Below are positions 60,601-64,000 of a DNA stretch of 64,000 bases, piece after piece. The notes beneath the pieces are model-generated. The model did not search any database, was not told the origin of the DNA, and saw only the letters and a list, made by a program, of their open reading frames with translations. Source of the DNA: Nanobdellati archaeon (lineage in GTDB: Archaea > EX4484-52 > GLR71); NCBI GenBank assembly GCA_019429005.1, contig JAHYJR010000005.1:32001-96000 (forward strand). Direction: 5' to 3'. Made by a program: the position numbers and the translations under genes. Each line of letters opens with the position of its first letter. Position 1 is the stretch's first letter.

Positions 60601-63600
60601 ATAAGGGTAATTCGTTGTGGATGCTGTGAACTTACATGCAATTGTATCTCCAATAAATCTATTTGTATAAAATGATGACGCTGCACCATCATCATTTTGT
60701 AATGTCTCTTCTGTTGGACTATCTGGTACAAAACGATATTCTATTTGCATATCTAGTTCAATTTCAGCTAAATTTTCACCTTCTTGTGAAAATGTCTTAG
60801 ATGTATATTTAGAAGTGACCATATTGTTTATTACAATATCACCTAATCCAAATAATGTATTATCTGAAAGTGTTTCAATATTATATGATTCATTTAATTC
60901 TTTATTTTCCAAAAAGATGATAGCTTGTGTTGTATTTATAGTTCCATTATATACAATTATTAGATTTTCGCCTTCAATAATATAATCCTCCGTATTATCA
61001 GCATCATAATCTAATTTATATGCTGAAACATTTGATCCTGAATAAATGTGTATTGTGGTGTTCTCAATTAAAGAACCATAAGGATTTGTTGCGTTAATTT
61101 TTATAGTATAAATTCCAGGTGCGTCTGTTATTTGAGATGTCCAATTACCATAATATCTACTTGAACCACTACCACTATAAGTGAGATTTATCGTATTAAC
61201 AATGTCATCTGTATTATTAATTATACTTAAAATAACATCTCCGTCTGTAACATTTCCTGCTTGATTTGTAACTTTTGTATCTATGAAAATTGTATCATTT
61301 ATTGTAAAAAGTTTATCTAAATATAGGTAGTTTGAATCTCTATAAGTTTCAATAATTATATTTGTTGGTAGTGGAGATACAACGTCAATTTCTATGTTTG
61401 GGTATGGGTCATCATAATCAATATAACCTTGTGTGTCATTAACCCAAGAAGTATTTACTGATAAGGTCCCACCTGTTGATCCTACATTGAGTACAACACC
61501 ATAAATACTTCCACCCGAACCACAAACTCCTGTTGAATTTGATGTAGATATATTTGATGATGTTCCATTTGGATATTTTATTTCAATCCATGTGCTGCTT
61601 ATTGGATATGATTCAATCGTTATGGTGTGGTTTATACAAATTTCAGTATTTATACTTACTGTTGTTGCATTAACTGTAGTTTGATTTGTTTTTGGTTTTA
61701 TATTGACTGTTATTGGACTATTAACTGTATTTCCTGTAGTAGTACATTTTTTTGTAACTGAATCATCGCATGCAAATGCATACCAATTTTGTGCACCTGA
61801 ACCTGTACTTACCCAAGTACAAGTATTTTCAGAACCATCTGCAACTGTGGATGACGACACACAATATGCACCACCATCACAAGTTGGGGGTAATCCACCA
61901 GTAACTGCATCGGTTTTACATATGGCTAAGTACCAAGTATCACCATTTATATCTGTTGCTGTTGCGTTAAATGTAACTGTATTTCCAAGTAGTACAGGAT
62001 CTGGATTGTCTTTGGGAGTTACAGTAAAAACTGGCGGTGCTGGTGCTGCATCAATCCACCAAATGTTTGTTGTAATTTTATTTTGTTTATTTAAAATCCC
62101 AGTTTGTAATGTTAATATCACTGGTGCATTATACCATTCAGATGTATGGGTCACATTTAACGTATAATTCATCTGATACTGTTGTCCATCTAAAAAATAA
62201 CTTTCATTCCATCTTGTCCTTGCAAACAGTTCATCTGGTCTATCCCATAATTCAAAAGATCGTGTTGTTAGGTTATCTTGATTAATAAGTAAAGAAAGTG
62301 CTGGGTCTGAAATATTATACGATTCTAATCCTGATGTTAATGATAATTCTAAAGTATCATTTTCATAAGTTGTATTTATGCGTATATTGTAATTTATGAC
62401 TGTTATTTCAGATTCACTATATTCATTGTTACCTACATTTGTAATTGTTGGTGTTACAAGAATCTCTCTCCAATCTGTTTCAAGGTAATATTCTAATGCA
62501 ATCTCAATTCTATTGTTTTTATCTTTGAATGTTGTAAATCCTGTCAAGTTTGTATATGTTATATTATCTGTTGTTGCAATCCATTCCCATGTGCCATCAT
62601 CAATACAATATTGATACCATACTGTTGATTTTAATCTTGCACAATAACTTGTGTATCCCCAATATGCATATTGATCGTTTGTTATCTGAAAACCATTTGT
62701 TAGGTTGACATAATAACTATCGTATGTATTCCAAAGATGATATATACTCTCTACATATTCATATCCTATATCTGTTGTCGGATCAATATTTACAGGGTAT
62801 GCTCTTAATGGGTCATTCAACCACATATAAGGTGTTTTTATGGTTATAAATATAGAATTACCTTGTTTTTTAAGTTGATATTTTAACTCTGTGTAATCAT
62901 ATTCATTGTCGTAAGCATACGGTTTTTGCATGTAGAATAATGTATTTTCTGTGTTTTGTTCTTTGAACAAAATCTTTTTTGTAGTTTCAATTGTGCTTTT
63001 TTTATCCCATAATGCGTCGTTGATATAAATATCTAAATTTGCAGTATAATCAATAAGAAAATCCATATCAAGTGTAATGTTATTTCCTGCCAGAACATCT
63101 GGATGCGGTTGCGTTGGTTTTTGGTCTAGTATCAAATTCTTTTCTAACTTATCTGTTTTTACTGTATATGTAAGATTGTAATTGTTTCCAAAAATGTTAG
63201 GATATACAAATGTATCACCTTGTTCAACACCTATAATTGGTTGTGTCTTATTTATCTCTTGAGTGTATCCATCTGAATTTCTATAGTTTAATGATATCGG
63301 CTGGTATGTAACATAACCTTCAGCAGGATTGGTTTTATTTATTGTTTCTTGACTAAATTTAAATTTAATTGCATCTAAATTTAGAGGGTCTTGTTTAAAA
63401 TATGTCTTATGTGTATTGTTTTCAACACCATAATCATATTCTAGTTCATCTTGTGGTTCTGAAGTTATCATCGTATTTGCTGTAATATATTCAGTTCTAT
63501 TATAATAATTTTTTAGTTTGCCTATGTATGTTGTGTATGTCCCATCTCGGTTTTCAAATTTATCAAAGTTTTGACCACGTTGAGATACGGTTTCTTTAGT

Positions 63601-64000
63601 TTTTTTTTCAGTTTGAACTTCGGTTTTAGTTTGATTTTCGGAGTCGTTCAAATTAATCATATTCAAAATGATACTTGAACTATTAATCATAGTTCTATCA
63701 AAACTATAGACTTTGATTGTAACTTCATTTTCTCCAGAAGTATAATTTATAGGTACAGTCCATTTGTATTCCCATAAATCCTCAGAGCTCATTTCTAATT
63801 CTATATCTTTTCCGTCTATGGAAAGTATTGTTTTTTTAATAATTTGGCTATTTCCTAATGCATAAAATGAAATCGTTTCACCTTGATTTATTTCCGTTTT
63901 ATTTGTGTATAGGTTTATGTTTGCAGGTTTATTTTCATATTGTATTTCTAAGAAAATGCTGTTTATGTTAATGCCTTTTTGTTTTAGATTATTATCTGAA
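54649..64000 (-). CDS. Giant mosaic surface protein (>3100 aa, 5' end outside the window)
   Basis: The frame stays open from 63792 to the window edge (checked manually). Contains Ig-like, LamG-like and DUF11-like modules and a C-terminal TM. Confidence 0.87.
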   Translation of the reverse strand, partial: SDNNLKQKGININSIFLEIQYENKPANINLYTNKTEINQGETISFYALGNSQIIKKTILSIDGKDIELEMSSEDLWEYKWTVPINYTSGENEVTIKVYSFDRTMINSSSIILNMINLNDSENQTKTEVQTEKKTKETVSQRGQNFDKFENRDGTYTTYIGKLKNYYNRTEYITANTMITSEPQDELEYDYGVENNTHKTYFKQDPLNLDAIKFKFSQETINKTNPAEGYVTYQPISLNYRNSDGYTQEINKTQPIIGVEQGDTFVYPNIFGNNYNLTYTVKTDKLEKNLILDQKPTQPHPDVLAGNNITLDMDFLIDYTANLDIYINDALWDKKSTIETTKKILFKEQNTENTLFYMQKPYAYDNEYDYTELKYQLKKQGNSIFITIKTPYMWLNDPLRAYPVNIDPTTDIGYEYVESIYHLWNTYDSYYVNLTNGFQITNDQYAYWGYTSYCARLKSTVWYQYCIDDGTWEWIATTDNITYTNLTGFTTFKDKNNRIEIALEYYLETDWREILVTPTITNVGNNEYSESEITVINYNIRINTTYENDTLELSLTSGLESYNISDPALSLLINQDNLTTRSFELWDRPDELFARTRWNESYFLDGQQYQMNYTLNVTHTSEWYNAPVILTLQTGILNKQNKITTNIWWIDAAPAPPVFTVTPKDNPDPVLLGNTVTFNATATDINGDTWYLAICKTDAVTGGLPPTCDGGAYCVSSSTVADGSENTCTWVSTGSGAQNWYAFACDDSVTKKCTTTGNTVNSPITVNIKPKTNQTTVNATTVSINTEICINHTITIESYPISSTWIEIKYPNGTSSNISTSNSTGVCGSGGSIYGVVLNVGSTGGTLSVNTSWVNDTQGYIDYDDPYPNIEIDVVSPLPTNIIIETYRDSNYLYLDKLFTINDTIFIDTKVTNQAGNVTDGDVILSIINNTDDIVNTINLTYSGSGSSRYYGNWTSQITDAPGIYTIKINATNPYGSLIENTTIHIYSGSNVSAYKLDYDADNTEDYIIEGENLIIVYNGTINTTQAIIFLENKELNESYNIETLSDNTLFGLGDIVINNMVTSKYTSKTFSQEGENLAEIELDMQIEYRFVPDSPTEETLQNDDGAASSFYTNRFIGDTIACKFTASTTNYPYKIMSTNIQLYDINTVGSTVYIIHIYEDNEGVPGNNLIQPFNTTITSFYSNWATIDLSSYNIEITSGNFWIGVELTENTGDSVTGGPFFLDDGAASPPTNSYFDFGSGWEVQSGGNEFMIRSKITTVYTTTFNITVKIINSTSDYLNYRIHNFDENITNINSLFPIITGTLGSSAIDDNYALENGSTGLITDLPTDQWTDYSMLISNYSLIFDNSITEDSTNTSFISLVRFNESENITISTVGFWNDSTNDNEGLRLEYNPTSASSTDEINYLLVFTKGDYSTLNLWMPTIHSGIFPQPNIMTDIFPPIITIVYPNNDSNIYTENTWIWLNITTDTNANCQWNDTISDFEYGTGTDFEIGQETITHAYNYTSISNKIAYNFWYKCNDTIGNINTEATHHHFFNSDNITISLNPNKLIYAANEDVFVSGFALYEGSTNAVIDQRVNVYLNDSLMNNTASYDWKNSTYWVSGTYVQNQTMNNTADQLATSHMMYPYIETLVSGEFGPDVDKNIFTAYAKSDWGISTYNVPNNGFYHDFETPPDTINYTFYFNYSLFQTKSSFLDRHSRIVTFVGTEGCNLGIFTIYRYEGNNHLYVYDGICNPSFSDVRNTAYSIDTGVVISDNTEYKVNVLFDGTTWTIYVNDVLEETIDNAGNPEKNSKVTRITHSAYALNDDYYPTNITVKYTIQYNENGTYDSDLVYIPGTLLTVKPVWYATIPTGTNFTVFVSTENNVSWCEVYNDTLLESGCGLGIDNTLQYRINFTTDNIWQTAEINNITFAIEYGPRTNYIGYYNITFNAPTSNGAYIIKTNITDEDSITGENSTIISVSSEPIIGAVECYNSSSEWGICNYSYYENITQIRVNCTADGGQYITNATYLVKNIIDDTTFLNANNATSTDGDWWIYTLPSGINITDSGQWNITGTCINDDTVSKSNQTSWFVPWGHINVELVTPTIPTNVSQNEFFTFESKITCLDGECGQFNATLDPEQKEDKTESIGPVFIDTKLWPKSVINNDTMHFDIRAKDSQGIVLMTIDMGGIETITLNLTDGTIYEGQWIGTWIVHDALTIEYNATITAFNSLGYYNEIKILWEDPIRIGDTMHAELFVNGAFYDLDNKITANHDSLLGDMTFGDSSAPYGGWGSGTATNIRNHITGGSTAVNLGIVDYDSIICNKTDGRTYGNIDYFAETEWVSCWKTNDSNYFKVITLPDSTYINSQWGWYGTVTDLAYAPPVIETNQTYPYQPIGGNNITINTIVSDYNRPGIEWVNFTLINPLGTKVINNENGTMYYNSSLWTTYWNSSYYVIDMIGTWNVSILAGDGDGNTTFSSWTFDVTTKVISMTVGARPFYTTSDNPQDGLYSNCLSDMRAGDECTNNWTVNATGLGDTTWEFFVDYNATTYRAYITDNVTETVNITIKDVTAPLYSLNQTDSTSAGIDVLFSLYWSDSALSGYIFSFDNGTGTFVNDSYVNMTGTGNWSNVSKWVNSTVGATIRWQVYANDTSGNMNSTEILYFTYETQNSISTQITKILSPDIIVSDENETINVTTTIKINSTQNEVYSINITDEIPYDFYNSTSITVNFKNYTTAEITEITTGLNIEIIDLIGTNNTQIQVNITNMSLTNIGSGLDENDSIEFKYLMVSAKLTPGENRTMYTNASVIDINENINESYITKTIMASEAVLRGTKYIWINPVNPQNITVTIIIQEIGLNPMGEILIADFLPNSATINNKNITYYNASTDQTYQFLNDSDYYLGAPGSDTLPDGVLVDIYHYNFTYNYTNWDGLLYNNDTITIIYNATILGGGSWLLPTIIGGYDPSYQQHIRTEMYTDVNIPLFDIIVDIITRTVTVGNPVMALLTMENMGGPKAKVDVVINYAIKTMSGKLITESTDTIAVVDKKERTLSLYLPESTEKGMYTFEAFVTYTGREAISTRTFEVKDAKEVKDKSGSFDIDRSLILDIIILLTIIYLIWKQSYKSKKDDEKTNNPNNNNKIN

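Noticed and set aside
1-64000. Provirus, transposon, Borg-like element or defence island
   Set aside because: No integrase, transposase, capsid, terminase or defence genes were recognised. The content is core chromosomal plus cell-surface genes.

Overview
Very AT-rich archaeal chromosomal window, most consistent with a DPANN archaeon (Aenigmarchaeota-like; this placement is inference from gene content, an intron-containing tRNA-Ile(UAU) and the pilus and giant-protein repertoire). The left half is mostly + strand. It carries housekeeping genes (truncated aspS, scpA/scpB, Rqc2/NFACT, deoxyhypusine synthase, Hel308, thermosome, truA), a glmS-glmM-glmU operon with a divergent ArsR-type regulator, a highly Asp-rich repeat protein, and a type IV pilus locus with about seven pilin-like genes. 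The right half is essentially all - strand. It carries a small HTH gene coupled to a 3134-aa surface protein, rfcS/rfcL, two pseudogenes, and a co-oriented cluster of three domain-sharing surface proteins (>3100, 1058 and 1109 aa) followed by two paralogous small membrane coiled-coil proteins. The best candidates for something undescribed are that surface-protein cluster, a promoter-flanked structured RNA upstream of glmS, the tRNA-Ile(UAU) locus, the poly-Asp protein, and several perfect intergenic tandem repeats. All family calls come from reading motifs by eye; no searches were run.
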